From a virus, in the IMG/VR virus record IMGVR_UViG_3300022752_004330, positions 32,001-96,000 of that record: 64,000 bases of DNA. One strand, written 5' to 3'. Of the stretch, positions 10,177-21,700 are shown in pieces. The notes beneath the pieces were generated by a model. That model had not been told where the DNA came from. It searched no databases and saw only the letters and a program-made list of their open reading frames with translations. How positions within the stretch are numbered: the first letter of the stretch is position 1; every line of letters starts with the position of its first letter. Position numbers and translations under genes: made by a program.

Positions 10177-13100
10177 ATGAACTACATCTATCCTGCAATC
10201 GGTAATCTATATCAAATCAGTGGTAGTAACAAAATCACAAGTAATAGTGTTCAATACTATACATATGATAGGGATATTCTTACTACTACATTAAACACTT
10301 CTACTGCTACAACTTATTTTTATAATAACAGAGCTGGTTCTACCAGTGGCAGCATAACACAAGCAATATTTTTAAGTTTAAGTTACACAGGAACATTTAC
10401 TACATCTTACTATGTAGAAACGGTGAATGTCACCACAAATACCAATAATAGCATTACTTTTGTGCCTCCGGTGGGATTTCCTGATTTTACTTTTGGAGAT
10501 ATTCAAGTAATTGTAGCATCTGGTATAACATATCCAACCTCTGGTTTTCAACTGGATAACAAGGTACTGAATTATACAGTGGCACCAAAAATGCGGGCGA
10601 TATCTAATGTCATTGTGCCCAGTAGTGTAAAAAGAGAATTCACGGCTCGTGCAAGATTAGATTCAAGATTTATATCAACAGGTCAACGTGTAGATTTATT
10701 ACAAAGATTAAAAACTAGCGAGAAACCTTTAATACCAGGTAATCAACTTTTAAAAACACCTCCGGTTGTCGTGGAAGGGTGGGCCACAAGAAGAATCTAT
10801 TCAGCTACGACTTCTACTCAAGACAGATATTTAATAATTAATACCACAGCCACTACGTCATATTTTACAGGAACAACTACGGCTATTGTTTTGACAGCTC
10901 CGTTAAACCAACCAGTATTTCCGAATTCTCTAATTCAAATTCTTAATATTCCGCAGCTGAACTTTTCAGCTTCTGCTGGAGTGGTATTATTAGATGAAGG
11001 TCTGTCTCCTGCAGGTACTTTAGTTTATTGGAGTCCGCAAACAACTTTCTCAATGACATATGGTAACCTTGGAAGTGGTTCAGCTCACGGCTATGTACCA
11101 TCAACAAGTTTTGTTTTAACATATCCCAACTTACCTAACCATACACAAATGAGATATAGTTTCAATTGGCATTTTGTTGATAGTGTAGATAGTGAAACTA
11201 GCTGGTTTGAAATAGATGGACTTAGATATTTCCAATTTACCAAAAGCGGCGTTGTAGGGGCTCCTCAAAATATTTCCGTAGATCGTTTGACTCCGAATTC
11301 ATCTAATGGTGGAGGTTATGCTTGGTCAGGAGTACAAACCTATAGTTATCGACCGTTCTATGGTGGCAGTCAAGGAGGTGACGGGTATATAACTATTGAT
11401 ACAGGTTGGATTAACCACTTTGCCGGTAGCGTGATAATTAATCACTTTATTGGAGTCGATCAAGTACAGACTGACGAAGCAAGCTATATAAGTCATGCTA
11501 AATTACAAGTACGAGGTAATCAAGTGTCATTGCCAGTGAACTTTGGTCTAGGAAATTATTTGGTGGATAGTGTTAGCACAAGCTCTAACACTATATTTGT
11601 AAAAGGTTTAAATGTTTTTACTACGGCTAGCGGAATTTCCACTCCTTCAGTTCTTGGTACAGTTACTAATTTCTTAAATGTTTATTCTGTATACAGTCCA
11701 GTTACAGTTTTTTCTAATAGCTTTACACAACAAACTCAACTTTTGGTCACAGGAAAGATACCTAATCAAGTTGAACGTATCAAGGCAGTAGTTGAAGCTC
11801 CAGTGAAAGTAGCCACAACCAATTTATATAGTAAAATTAGGGGGGTGGTCACTGATAATTATATTAATAGAACACCTAATCTAAGGATTTTAAATTTATT
11901 CAAAGAAATAAGAGTAGGTTACCGTGGCACACAAACTGAAACTAAGGTACTTATTTTTAATACAGTAACAGTAAAATATCCCTTATTAGATAATGCAAAT
12001 ATTCTTAAAGTTTATTCACCTACCGTCACTTATGGGGATGCTTGGGGCGTAGTAGCAAAGACAGGAATATCAGGGGTACCAGAAAATCCTAACGTTACAG
12101 GAGTGTTTTTTAATACTTCAAGCACCTTGTTTACAACTATTACAGCGGATAGTACTTTACCGCAGTTTTTTCCAGGATACCAAGTAAAGATCCAAACACA
12201 ATCACGTGGAACAGTAGAATTAACCCCTATTACAAGCTCTACTGATGTTTCTACTAGAGTTGGAGCTAATGCTTATATTCAATTTTCTGGACAAATTGTT
12301 GCCAATACCTTTCAATATAACGGATTTTTTGGTGTTCCAACTTATTATGAAGCATGGGTGAATTTAAACAATAGTAATGGTGGATTCATTGCTATGGAAC
12401 AGCAGTCAAGTTGGGACGATTCAATTAATATAGCCTTTGGTATTGGACCTGCCTTGGTAGGCGGGGGAACTAGGGTATTCATGGGTTATAATACTGGATA
12501 TTGGTCGGGCTGGAGTACTTGGTATATAGCTGCGTCAACAAACCAAGTTACACCGGGCCGTTGGACTCATATCGCAGGTTCATGGGATGGCGGAACCTTT
12601 AGAGTTTATATAAACGGTACACTAGAGGGATCGTCCGGTACAAGTGGTCAGTTACAAAATGGTGGTTTTGGATATGTAAATCTTTTAGCTAACAATGGTG
12701 GTGGTGAAATTTTTGATGGCTCAATATTTAATTTCAGGATCATTAATACTATAACCACTGTGCCACCTTCGGTATTGGCTCTACCAGGTAACGGATTTGC
12801 TGGCCCAACTGGTCAGTTTTATGGTGGTGATATTGTTCCTGGAACTAGGATGGTAGCATTTAATAGTCCATTTAATAATAATAACCTTCCAAAAACAGTA
12901 AACACAACAACTATGATTGCTTTTCCAACGAATGCATTGAGTGTAGGCACTGTTAATTTTATTAATCCTCAAAATTTTAATTTCCCTCAGAACGTAGCCT
13001 TCATTAGACCAGCAAATACTGTGACAATTGTATATCCTGAAGAAACATATGAAGTGATAGGAGCGTCGGGTAACCAGTTATACATTAAAGGATTGGCTAG

Positions 13101-16100
13101 TTTTAGAGATTTAAGCCAGTGGAAAATTACTATAAATCAACTTAACAATCCACAAACACCATTATATGGTGTTACTGCTACCATGGTTACTAGAACAAGA
13201 GAAATAGGCAAAGTTAAAAGTTTACAACAATTAAAAACTGTAGCATTACGTACTCAAGTAGCCAAAGCTAGTTTCGTTAATTTATTTAAAGAATCATTAG
13301 GTAATAGAATATTACCTGGTAGTCAAAATAGTATACGATTACTTAATTTCTCTGATGTAAACTTTGTAAAAAATTATTCATCAGGCACAACCACTAGTAC
13401 GTTTTGGACTGAAAGGAATATTTTCCTAACCACTAGCACTGTGGTAGGAACCTCAACCGTTTTAACTTTAAGCACTGCGGTTTCTTATCTATCAGTACCT
13501 AACTATGTTAGATTAGACTATAGATCATCTACATTAGAGACATTTCTTACCAGTAGAGAATCAGATTATGACAATCCTTTACAAGGAACCTATGGTAACA
13601 ACGTAGTAGGAGCAGTTGAGTTTACTTCGGCAGGAACCTATACCTTCTTCCCCCCGCCGGGCGTAACAGAAGTACATGTTGTCTGCATTGGTGCAGGGGC
13701 TAGAGGAGGAAGATTCAATTTTACTGGGGACGAATACGCAGGTGGCGGCGGTGGACTTGGGTGGAGAAATAATATTCCTGTGGCTGCAGGACAAGGATAT
13801 ACTGTTGTAGTAGGTTCTGGTAACGGAGCAGGTTATGTTGAAGGTGCAGATGGAGGCGATAGTTACTTTATTAGCACGGCCACTGTGGCAGGATTAGGCG
13901 GTAAAACTGGAAGGATAGCAGGTACTACTGGTACTACCATAGTAGGAACCATTACAAATCTTGTCATTGGATTTATGTCTGGTGCTGGCGGCGGATATGT
14001 AGGTGATGGAGGCGGCCGTGGAGGAAGAGGATTTAGTGGTGGTGGTGGGGCAGGTGGTTATTTTGGCTCAGGCGGAGACGGTGGACAATTTCCTCTGAGC
14101 TCTACAACTTTTGATGGTCTAGATGCTCAGTTAGGTAGTGGTGGGGCAGGTGGTGGTGGTGGAGCAGGTGATGCAACTGCAAGTTGGTATTTTTATAGAG
14201 CTGGTGGTGGCGGATCTGGTACAGGATATTACGGAATAAATCTTACTGGGCGAGGTGGTTTTAGAGGGAATACCCCTACTTTTGGATCTGGTTTGAGAGG
14301 ACAATTTGGTATTCCGGGTAGTCACGGCCAAAATGCTGAGGGTAATAGTAATAACCCAATTGGCGGTAGTGGAGGATTTCCTGGAGGTGGGGGTGGTAGA
14401 AGCGAACGACCAGGTGCCTACGGTACTGCCGAAACTCATGGAGGCGGCGGTAATGGTGCTGTAAGAATCATGTGGGGTAAAGGTAGAAGTTATCCATATA
14501 ATACAGTGCCTAGTGTAGGTACCAGTGTCAGATTTAATGGTACAAGTGATTATATTTCTATACCATATGCATTTATTAGACCAGTGTCTAGGTCTAGTCC
14601 GCAAATGGTTGAAGCTTGGGTAATGCCTGGACAGACAACGAATGGTATGATAATTGCCAGTGAAGAATATACCGGAGGTAGCAACTCTATTAACGTAGTT
14701 TTAGGATTAAGTAATAGTCCTCCGACAGGTTCTGGTAATAGAGCATGGTTTGGATTTTATACCGGAGCCACGTGGTATACTGCTGTTGGAATTACCCAAC
14801 TTCAAACTAATACATGGTATCATGTAGCTGGTCAATATGATGGAAATCAATTAAGGATTTATGTAAACGGTAATTTAGAAGGAACTACTGTAGTAGGGCT
14901 AGTTAACCTAAATGATTTTAATGGAAATTTATTCTTTATTGGAAAACGTTGGGACAATGGGGTTGATACTACACAAGTTTATTTCAACGGACACCTGTAT
15001 GGGGTAAGAGTAATTAATGAAGTAATCATGTATACAGGAAAGTTCACACCCCAATGGTTAGGATACATAACAACAATAGGACAAAATACTTTATTAGCAT
15101 GTACAGACAAGGCACCTATGATCAGCGTGCCCGGCCCTGGCACATATATTTCTAACGATTATCGAGGTCAAAACCTAGCAAGTTTGGCAGGTAGCACTGG
15201 TACAGTTAAGTTAAACCTAGGCAATGCTACAGGACGTCCTTTCTATGAAGAAAAAACTTATAACGTTTTATCAGCCAGTACTAATACCCTGACAATTGAT
15301 TTACCTCTTAACATAAACTTGGACAGATTTAACTATAGAGTTACGTTCACTGGACAGAATATTAATCAACCTCAACAAAATATAACATTTACAACTCTAT
15401 TAGATAAGCCACAAAAATTCTTAGCTATACCTACAGTAAAAGAAGCCAAAGATAAAGTCAAAGCTGATCAATTTATGTTTAATCCTAAGGTAACTTCGGC
15501 TTTGGAAGTACCTAGGTCCGCTAGCCAAAAAAGTCTTATTAAAGTCAGGGGATTACCTTTAGATAATTTAAATAAAGTAGCTAGACAGGAAAAATACAAA
15601 TCAACGAATTATTTTTCATTATTTTTACAAAATCAAGGTTTAATCAATAAATCGGCAATATCGCTAAGATCATTGCCTACAAGGTTAACCACTGATAAAG
15701 TTTTACAGATTCCTAGAATTACAGGAGAATTAAGTAGAATAATAAGTGGTCAAACACAGATAAGAAATTTAGTTAAGATGCCTGACGATAAATCAATCGC
15801 CAGAAACTTTTCATCTTTCAGCACTACAACAGAATTCTTTAGTCAAATAGATATTAGACCAATTAACCCACCAACTAATGCCAGAGAACGTTTATTCTTT
15901 GCTAACCTAGCAAGAAGTAAGTATGGTGTTGATCTTAATGTACAGACTAGAAACATAGCTAGTCCTATTAACCTAACACCTCCTAAAACAGGTATAGTGG
16001 TATCTGGAGCAGGTGTGGTATGGGTAAATCAGGCCTATAGAATACGAGGGACAAACTTACAGACCACTGCAAATTTAAATTGGTATACCGCTGATGATCC

Positions 16101-18162
16101 TAGACTAACATTAACATATAACACCGGAACTAATATGGTCTTGTATTTTGACAATGTTCCCGCTATATCTACGGTATTATCTAGTTCGCATGTGAGATTA
16201 GTCAATTATGTAGGTTATGATCAGTCATTTCCTATAGTGTCTTACACAACTAACAGTATAACCATTGCTAGACCTGCGAATTTTCCGTCAATAAGTACTC
16301 TAAATGCTTATTTTGGCTCAGCTGGTACTGTTGATCAAATTATATGGAATGATCAAAACACTGTACCTGTATTCACTAGTAATCTAACATTTGTACCAAT
16401 TACAGTACAAGCAGAAAAAATAATATTAGTTTCTCCTGGTGTATTAACTGTACCTAGCAGGTTTAACCTAGTGACTAGACCAGTTGGTGTAGAAAGAATT
16501 AGAGATTATAGCAGAATTGAATCTGAAAATACTCAGACCTATGTAGCTGGTATGAATTACGGTTTACCAAATACAACAAGAGGTAGGTTCGAATACATCA
16601 GCATAGCGCCTGGATACAAATATAACACAAAGTTTGACTTAGCTTCTAGTAGGTTCTTAACCCCAATGAGTATAGAAACGGGTAAAACTTTACTAAGTTT
16701 TATTAATGGTCTAGGATTTACTGGACCAGTTGATGGTAATAATGGTTCAGGTCCGTGGCTAACCGGTCACGCAAACTTACCCTATACTTTCGTTCAAGTA
16801 GGCAGCTTTAGTAATTATTTTTCCAGAGGCACAGTAGCTGTGATGATTGGTGACGGCTCCGCTGATGGAAGCGATCAGGCTGTATTTTATTTTAATCCTG
16901 GAAACGCAGGTGGTGATTTTGACGGCAATGCAGCCTTTTATGCATTTTTCGGAGGAGAAAATTCACAAGGTACTGGATATTTAAATGGAACTGTTGGTAC
17001 TATATGGGGATTTTCACCTCTTAAAGGATATCGTCCTTTATTTGTCCTACCACTTCCCTCGGGCGGATCGTTTAACCATTATTTTGCAGGTTGGTACAGT
17101 GCAGGAAATACTGTGACTTCAGGTAATGGTAAGAGAAGCAATTACGACACATTTAAGTGTGAGAAATACCTATTTACTTGCGGTAATACATGGAATGAAC
17201 CAACTGGATCTACCTTATCCGATATGATTAATAGTGTTGGGGTCAATGCTTCTATCATACAGGCGGATGTACCAGGTGCTTCAGTTACAACGGAGATATA
17301 TGAGTCAAGCGTAGGTCCTGTAAATTGGTTCAATAACCAAATGTCACCAAATAATATTAGAATTGATACATTGAAAACATCTACAGTATTGAAAGATCTG
17401 CAAAATAATATTAAATCTAATAACATAGAATCTTTAGAAACAATTGATACTCCAAGTGGGTTTAATTATGGACAAAGTAGGCAAAATATTTCTACCAGAC
17501 GGAGATTATTTTTTACTGAATTAGCACCTGGGCTAAGAAAAAATATACAGTTTGAAACAAGGTATGGCGGATTGTTGATGAATAGAGGATATTCCTTGGC
17601 CACTCAAGGAGTAACTAATTTTGATTTTCAAGAAAAAACAAGAGTACCTCAATATCAGCAGATAAAAGATATCAAAGTTACTATAAAACCTATCGAAGAT
17701 AGATTATACAGAACAGGTACAGCAAGAATTATTACACCACTTAAACGTGCTACTTTAGAAGACAGAACTTCTGGATTGATACGTAGAATACCAAGTCCTC
17801 AACATGTTCCTCATTTTAAAGAAGCAGGTGTCTATGGTAAACGTAATATAAATTCTGTAGGACAGGTTAGAGGTACTCCTTTTGAGTTAAGACCAACTGT
17901 GATGAATAAAGGTGTTATTAGTGTCAGAGCAATACAAGCCAATAATATAAGAGTTGGTGCTAGTAATATTCCTATAATACGGTGGAGTTATCATAAAGCT
18001 GATTATCCTATCCTTAAGTTTAGCACAGTCAATAAAGGTACAGTTTTTAATATTAATAGCGGTATAGTAGGCATAGGACAAGACAGAAACAGAAGATTAG
18101 GTAACGTTAGACCACCATTCGAAGGTGCAGGACGCAGAGTACCAGTTCAGTTCTGGAGTTAA
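10177..18162 (+). CDS. Giant (2661 aa) virion/tail protein with two LamG/ConA-like domains and a glycine-rich domain
   Basis: W(T/Y)H(I/V)AG.(W/Y)DG...R(V/I)Y(I/V)NG motif twice; VHVVCIGAG...GGGGGL.W.N glycine-rich module. Confidence 0.75.
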   Translation: MNYIYPAIGNLYQISGSNKITSNSVQYYTYDRDILTTTLNTSTATTYFYNNRAGSTSGSITQAIFLSLSYTGTFTTSYYVETVNVTTNTNNSITFVPPVGFPDFTFGDIQVIVASGITYPTSGFQLDNKVLNYTVAPKMRAISNVIVPSSVKREFTARARLDSRFISTGQRVDLLQRLKTSEKPLIPGNQLLKTPPVVVEGWATRRIYSATTSTQDRYLIINTTATTSYFTGTTTAIVLTAPLNQPVFPNSLIQILNIPQLNFSASAGVVLLDEGLSPAGTLVYWSPQTTFSMTYGNLGSGSAHGYVPSTSFVLTYPNLPNHTQMRYSFNWHFVDSVDSETSWFEIDGLRYFQFTKSGVVGAPQNISVDRLTPNSSNGGGYAWSGVQTYSYRPFYGGSQGGDGYITIDTGWINHFAGSVIINHFIGVDQVQTDEASYISHAKLQVRGNQVSLPVNFGLGNYLVDSVSTSSNTIFVKGLNVFTTASGISTPSVLGTVTNFLNVYSVYSPVTVFSNSFTQQTQLLVTGKIPNQVERIKAVVEAPVKVATTNLYSKIRGVVTDNYINRTPNLRILNLFKEIRVGYRGTQTETKVLIFNTVTVKYPLLDNANILKVYSPTVTYGDAWGVVAKTGISGVPENPNVTGVFFNTSSTLFTTITADSTLPQFFPGYQVKIQTQSRGTVELTPITSSTDVSTRVGANAYIQFSGQIVANTFQYNGFFGVPTYYEAWVNLNNSNGGFIAMEQQSSWDDSINIAFGIGPALVGGGTRVFMGYNTGYWSGWSTWYIAASTNQVTPGRWTHIAGSWDGGTFRVYINGTLEGSSGTSGQLQNGGFGYVNLLANNGGGEIFDGSIFNFRIINTITTVPPSVLALPGNGFAGPTGQFYGGDIVPGTRMVAFNSPFNNNNLPKTVNTTTMIAFPTNALSVGTVNFINPQNFNFPQNVAFIRPANTVTIVYPEETYEVIGASGNQLYIKGLASFRDLSQWKITINQLNNPQTPLYGVTATMVTRTREIGKVKSLQQLKTVALRTQVAKASFVNLFKESLGNRILPGSQNSIRLLNFSDVNFVKNYSSGTTTSTFWTERNIFLTTSTVVGTSTVLTLSTAVSYLSVPNYVRLDYRSSTLETFLTSRESDYDNPLQGTYGNNVVGAVEFTSAGTYTFFPPPGVTEVHVVCIGAGARGGRFNFTGDEYAGGGGGLGWRNNIPVAAGQGYTVVVGSGNGAGYVEGADGGDSYFISTATVAGLGGKTGRIAGTTGTTIVGTITNLVIGFMSGAGGGYVGDGGGRGGRGFSGGGGAGGYFGSGGDGGQFPLSSTTFDGLDAQLGSGGAGGGGGAGDATASWYFYRAGGGGSGTGYYGINLTGRGGFRGNTPTFGSGLRGQFGIPGSHGQNAEGNSNNPIGGSGGFPGGGGGRSERPGAYGTAETHGGGGNGAVRIMWGKGRSYPYNTVPSVGTSVRFNGTSDYISIPYAFIRPVSRSSPQMVEAWVMPGQTTNGMIIASEEYTGGSNSINVVLGLSNSPPTGSGNRAWFGFYTGATWYTAVGITQLQTNTWYHVAGQYDGNQLRIYVNGNLEGTTVVGLVNLNDFNGNLFFIGKRWDNGVDTTQVYFNGHLYGVRVINEVIMYTGKFTPQWLGYITTIGQNTLLACTDKAPMISVPGPGTYISNDYRGQNLASLAGSTGTVKLNLGNATGRPFYEEKTYNVLSASTNTLTIDLPLNINLDRFNYRVTFTGQNINQPQQNITFTTLLDKPQKFLAIPTVKEAKDKVKADQFMFNPKVTSALEVPRSASQKSLIKVRGLPLDNLNKVARQEKYKSTNYFSLFLQNQGLINKSAISLRSLPTRLTTDKVLQIPRITGELSRIISGQTQIRNLVKMPDDKSIARNFSSFSTTTEFFSQIDIRPINPPTNARERLFFANLARSKYGVDLNVQTRNIASPINLTPPKTGIVVSGAGVVWVNQAYRIRGTNLQTTANLNWYTADDPRLTLTYNTGTNMVLYFDNVPAISTVLSSSHVRLVNYVGYDQSFPIVSYTTNSITIARPANFPSISTLNAYFGSAGTVDQIIWNDQNTVPVFTSNLTFVPITVQAEKIILVSPGVLTVPSRFNLVTRPVGVERIRDYSRIESENTQTYVAGMNYGLPNTTRGRFEYISIAPGYKYNTKFDLASSRFLTPMSIETGKTLLSFINGLGFTGPVDGNNGSGPWLTGHANLPYTFVQVGSFSNYFSRGTVAVMIGDGSADGSDQAVFYFNPGNAGGDFDGNAAFYAFFGGENSQGTGYLNGTVGTIWGFSPLKGYRPLFVLPLPSGGSFNHYFAGWYSAGNTVTSGNGKRSNYDTFKCEKYLFTCGNTWNEPTGSTLSDMINSVGVNASIIQADVPGASVTTEIYESSVGPVNWFNNQMSPNNIRIDTLKTSTVLKDLQNNIKSNNIESLETIDTPSGFNYGQSRQNISTRRRLFFTELAPGLRKNIQFETRYGGLLMNRGYSLATQGVTNFDFQEKTRVPQYQQIKDIKVTIKPIEDRLYRTGTARIITPLKRATLEDRTSGLIRRIPSPQHVPHFKEAGVYGKRNINSVGQVRGTPFELRPTVMNKGVISVRAIQANNIRVGASNIPIIRWSYHKADYPILKFSTVNKGTVFNINSGIVGIGQDRNRRLGNVRPPFEGAGRRVPVQFWS

Positions 18163-18212
18163 ACAGATAAATAAATATAAATATTGAAAGCAAACAAACA
18201 AAGGAGAATTTC

Positions 18213-18467
18213 ATGTCAATGTTTGAAACATTAAACAATGCTTTTCCAAATCATACACATTTTTATGTAGTATCCGGAATGCAAATTAGTGAAGCTATGG
18301 ATCGTTGCGCTAGATTAACTCTAGATGATGGTCAAGTTTTTCATTATAATAATCAAGTGATTTTTGCTGTTAATCATGATGTTGAAACAGTAGATATTCC
18401 ATGGTTAGATCCAGTGGAAGGTTCACCACATACACCATTATTCCAACAAAAACCAACTGATGAATAA
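18213..18467 (+). CDS. Hypothetical protein
   Basis: AAGGAG SD; TAAATA boxes upstream. Confidence 0.65.
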   Translation: MSMFETLNNAFPNHTHFYVVSGMQISEAMDRCARLTLDDGQVFHYNNQVIFAVNHDVETVDIPWLDPVEGSPHTPLFQQKPTDE

Positions 18468-18488
18468 TTTTATTATCTGAGATAACCT

Positions 18489-21401
18489 ATGGCCAAGAAA
18501 ATAATAAGAGAAGCCTATACTTTTAATCCTGCGACAAGGACTATTACTATAACAGGTAGGTCCTTGCGAAGAGAGCAACTTGTTCTTATAACCAATGTAA
18601 CTACAAACGTAGTAATTTATAATTTTGCTGATACATCTTTAACTGCCAGCAGCTATACTGTTACCACTACTAACAATGTAGAAACAACTACGATTGTATT
18701 GACCTATAACACAGGGAGTATGAGCTCTACCGACAAATTGGCCATACTTATCGAAGATACTAATGAGTGGTTATATCCTGCAGAAGCATATAAAGATCCT
18801 GTAGAAAAGATGCGTATCAGCGCACCTCAGGCGCTGATTGATACTGACTTTGAATATGGCACCCAGCCTACTAAGTGGGAAACTATTGCCTTGGTAGCTA
18901 ACCGTCCTGCAAGTTTTTATGATTACACACAGCCAATTACTAACGTAAATACACAATATAGTATTAATGGTGGTGCTGTTGGTAACTATCAAATCACCAA
19001 CGTAGTAGGAAATGGTAATTATTCAGTTACAATAAGTATTAATAATACAACTGGTATTACAACTTCAACTCCAATTTTCGTTCAAGATACAACTGATGCT
19101 AATATAAATGGTTGGTGGATTCCAACATCTATATCTGCTAATACTTCTATTACATATAATACAGAACGACAAATAACCAACGGTAGTGTATTTGATAGTG
19201 CTAAAACCATTGTATTTGTTGGAGCATTTTATACCGGTGCTGCTTTCCCACATGCAACCAATGCATTTACCAATGTAGGAAGTATAGTTACTGTAACAAC
19301 AACACATGCGCACAACATGAATGCAGGGCAGGCAATATTTGTGACAGGTACTTCTGCTACGACAAATGCACCAAACGGTACTTGGGTGATTAGAAGAATT
19401 CTAAGTTCAAATAGTTTTGACTTTGATGTTGCGCCTCAGGCTTCGGCTCCAACTGGAGCTATTACAGCAACACTAAATGGAAGTTTATATTCTAAAACAT
19501 GGGGTAATAGTTCTCACAGAGCATTCGACGGTGGGGTAACTTTCACAGCTGGATTGCCATATCATGGAAATCAACTGATAAGGCAGACTCGAAGATACTT
19601 TCGTTATCAGTCAGGCAAAGGAATTCAGTTCTCTACCGGAAGTAATTTATGCGCACCATTTCAAACTGATCAATTATCAGCTTCTGGTACCACTGTTACT
19701 GTGACGACCAAATATCCTCATAATATTAATATAGGATGTGTAGTTCAAGTAGCAGGAGCAGATCAAGCAGCTTACAATGGAAGCTTTACTGTAACCAGCA
19801 TACCTACGGAAACAACATTTACCTATACTGCATTATCAGCTCCAACTCCTACAGTAGCAACATCTATTACAGCAAATGGTTTTACAGTGCAGCCAAAAAA
19901 TTGGTACGGTGCTAGTTGTAGATTAGGAATGTTCGATCAACAAAACGGTTTATTTTTTGAATATGATGGACAAACACTTTATGCAGTAAGAAGATCTAGC
20001 ACTACGCAGATTCCTGGTTTTTTAACAAGTCTTGCAAACGGTAGTCAGGTTTGTACAGGTTCTGCTGCCTGTAAGTGGGCAGAAAATTTAATTCCAGGTG
20101 ATTACGTTGTAATTAGAGGCATGAGCTACATGGTAGTTAGTATTGAAAGTAATACTAGCATGACAATCTACCCAGATTTTAGAGGTCCTTCGATTACAAG
20201 CCCTTCTACTGTGATTATAAGCAAGACGATTGATTTTAAAGTTCCACAGAGTTCTTGGAATATAGACAAGTGTGACGGAACTGGGGAGAGTTTATTCACC
20301 TTAGATATTACAAAGATGCAGATGTTCTTTATTGATTATGCATGGTATGGTGCTGGTACAGTGAGATTTGGATTGAGAAATCAAGCTGGTCAGGTAATGT
20401 ATTGCCATAAAATGGCTCATGGTAATCAACAAACAGAGGCTTACATGCGTTCTGGTAATCTGCCAGCACGTTATGAGGTTAATACTCTATATCCAAAAAC
20501 TATTATGGATCCTACAACTAGTATCACGGCAGTATCTAATTCTATTGTAGTTAGAGATACAACAGGATTTCCTAATACAGGAACTTTTGTTATTCAGGCT
20601 GCGGGTAATACAGGAGCAGCCGTAGAATATGTAAATTATACAAGTAAAACTTCTACATCATTTTCCGGTCTAGTAAGAGGAATACAGTCTTTATCTGGAC
20701 CAGGAGCACAGGCGAATATGGGAGGTGGTGCAGCATCTTCTTTTACACCTACTGCAACTGCCCCGGTTGGTATACAATATTGGGGGCCACAGGCCGCTGT
20801 TACTATTAGCCATTGGGGCAGCTCGGTTATCATGGACGGTGCTTATGATGATGATAGAGCTATTTTGTTTAACTATGGTATTAACACGCCTTACACATTA
20901 ACCACTGCCGGTGTAAGATATCCAATTTTTAGTATAAGGTTAGGACCATCAGTGGACTTCGGTGCCACAGGAACCCTAGGTCAGAGAGAAGTTATCAATC
21001 GTATGCAATTACAGCCACACGGTGTTGGTGTGTTTGCAGCAGGATCAACAATTCGTGTTGAACTATGGTTGAACACTGCGGTAAGTGGTTCATCAACTTT
21101 TGTAGGTGTCGGTGGTTCTAGTTTGACACAAAGAGCTGATCATACAAACACACAAGTTATCAGTGGGGGTGAAAGTATAGCTACCTTCTTTGCTCCGGTA
21201 GGTTCATTCTCTGTGCTAGACTTAACTAAAGCTCGTGATATTGGAAATAGTATTTTAGGTGGTGGTATTACTAATACCTATCCAACTGGAGTGAATAATA
21301 AGTATCCAGATGGTCCTGATATTTTAACAGTGGTTTGCATTCCAACCTCAAACGGTGCAACAGCACTTGTTCGTATGAACTGGATTGAAGCACAGGCTTA
21401 A
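18489..21401 (+). CDS. Large virion structural protein
   Basis: Repeated VTVTT..(A/P)HN...G..(I/V).V.G......NG modules; T/S/G-rich; lies in the structural cluster. Confidence 0.65.
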   Translation: MAKKIIREAYTFNPATRTITITGRSLRREQLVLITNVTTNVVIYNFADTSLTASSYTVTTTNNVETTTIVLTYNTGSMSSTDKLAILIEDTNEWLYPAEAYKDPVEKMRISAPQALIDTDFEYGTQPTKWETIALVANRPASFYDYTQPITNVNTQYSINGGAVGNYQITNVVGNGNYSVTISINNTTGITTSTPIFVQDTTDANINGWWIPTSISANTSITYNTERQITNGSVFDSAKTIVFVGAFYTGAAFPHATNAFTNVGSIVTVTTTHAHNMNAGQAIFVTGTSATTNAPNGTWVIRRILSSNSFDFDVAPQASAPTGAITATLNGSLYSKTWGNSSHRAFDGGVTFTAGLPYHGNQLIRQTRRYFRYQSGKGIQFSTGSNLCAPFQTDQLSASGTTVTVTTKYPHNINIGCVVQVAGADQAAYNGSFTVTSIPTETTFTYTALSAPTPTVATSITANGFTVQPKNWYGASCRLGMFDQQNGLFFEYDGQTLYAVRRSSTTQIPGFLTSLANGSQVCTGSAACKWAENLIPGDYVVIRGMSYMVVSIESNTSMTIYPDFRGPSITSPSTVIISKTIDFKVPQSSWNIDKCDGTGESLFTLDITKMQMFFIDYAWYGAGTVRFGLRNQAGQVMYCHKMAHGNQQTEAYMRSGNLPARYEVNTLYPKTIMDPTTSITAVSNSIVVRDTTGFPNTGTFVIQAAGNTGAAVEYVNYTSKTSTSFSGLVRGIQSLSGPGAQANMGGGAASSFTPTATAPVGIQYWGPQAAVTISHWGSSVIMDGAYDDDRAILFNYGINTPYTLTTAGVRYPIFSIRLGPSVDFGATGTLGQREVINRMQLQPHGVGVFAAGSTIRVELWLNTAVSGSSTFVGVGGSSLTQRADHTNTQVISGGESIATFFAPVGSFSVLDLTKARDIGNSILGGGITNTYPTGVNNKYPDGPDILTVVCIPTSNGATALVRMNWIEAQA

Positions 21402-21700
21402 TTATTTTGCTGTAACAATAAAGTTTTTTTAAGATTATTATAATCGTCTACAAAACTTAATTGTTTAGGATCTTTAGGGGTATCCTGCCATTCTGATTCT
21501 GTGATATTTTTAGTTATAAAAATTTCATAGTCATGGCCGGTGCCCTTATATAAATTTACAGTTTCAAATCCCACAGGATTTTCGGCTGCTCTGAGCAGGG
21601 CTCTTCCAAGTTCTTTTAATGCTGTTGTTTCTCCTATAATCACAGCCTGTCCTTTTATATCAGCACTTGGGTATATATGTAATCTTGATTGTACTTTCAT
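21398..21700 (-). CDS. Hypothetical protein
   Basis: 100-aa ORF coupled by ATGA overlap. Confidence 0.6.
   Translation of the reverse strand: MKVQSRLHIYPSADIKGQAVIIGETTALKELGRALLRAAENPVGFETVNLYKGTGHDYEIFITKNITESEWQDTPKDPKQLSFVDDYNNLKKTLLLQQNN

Noticed and set aside
5943-20833. Antisense ORFs within the structural genes
   Set aside because: They are shadows of biased Gly/Thr/Pro codon usage, with no SD, promoter or recognisable motifs.
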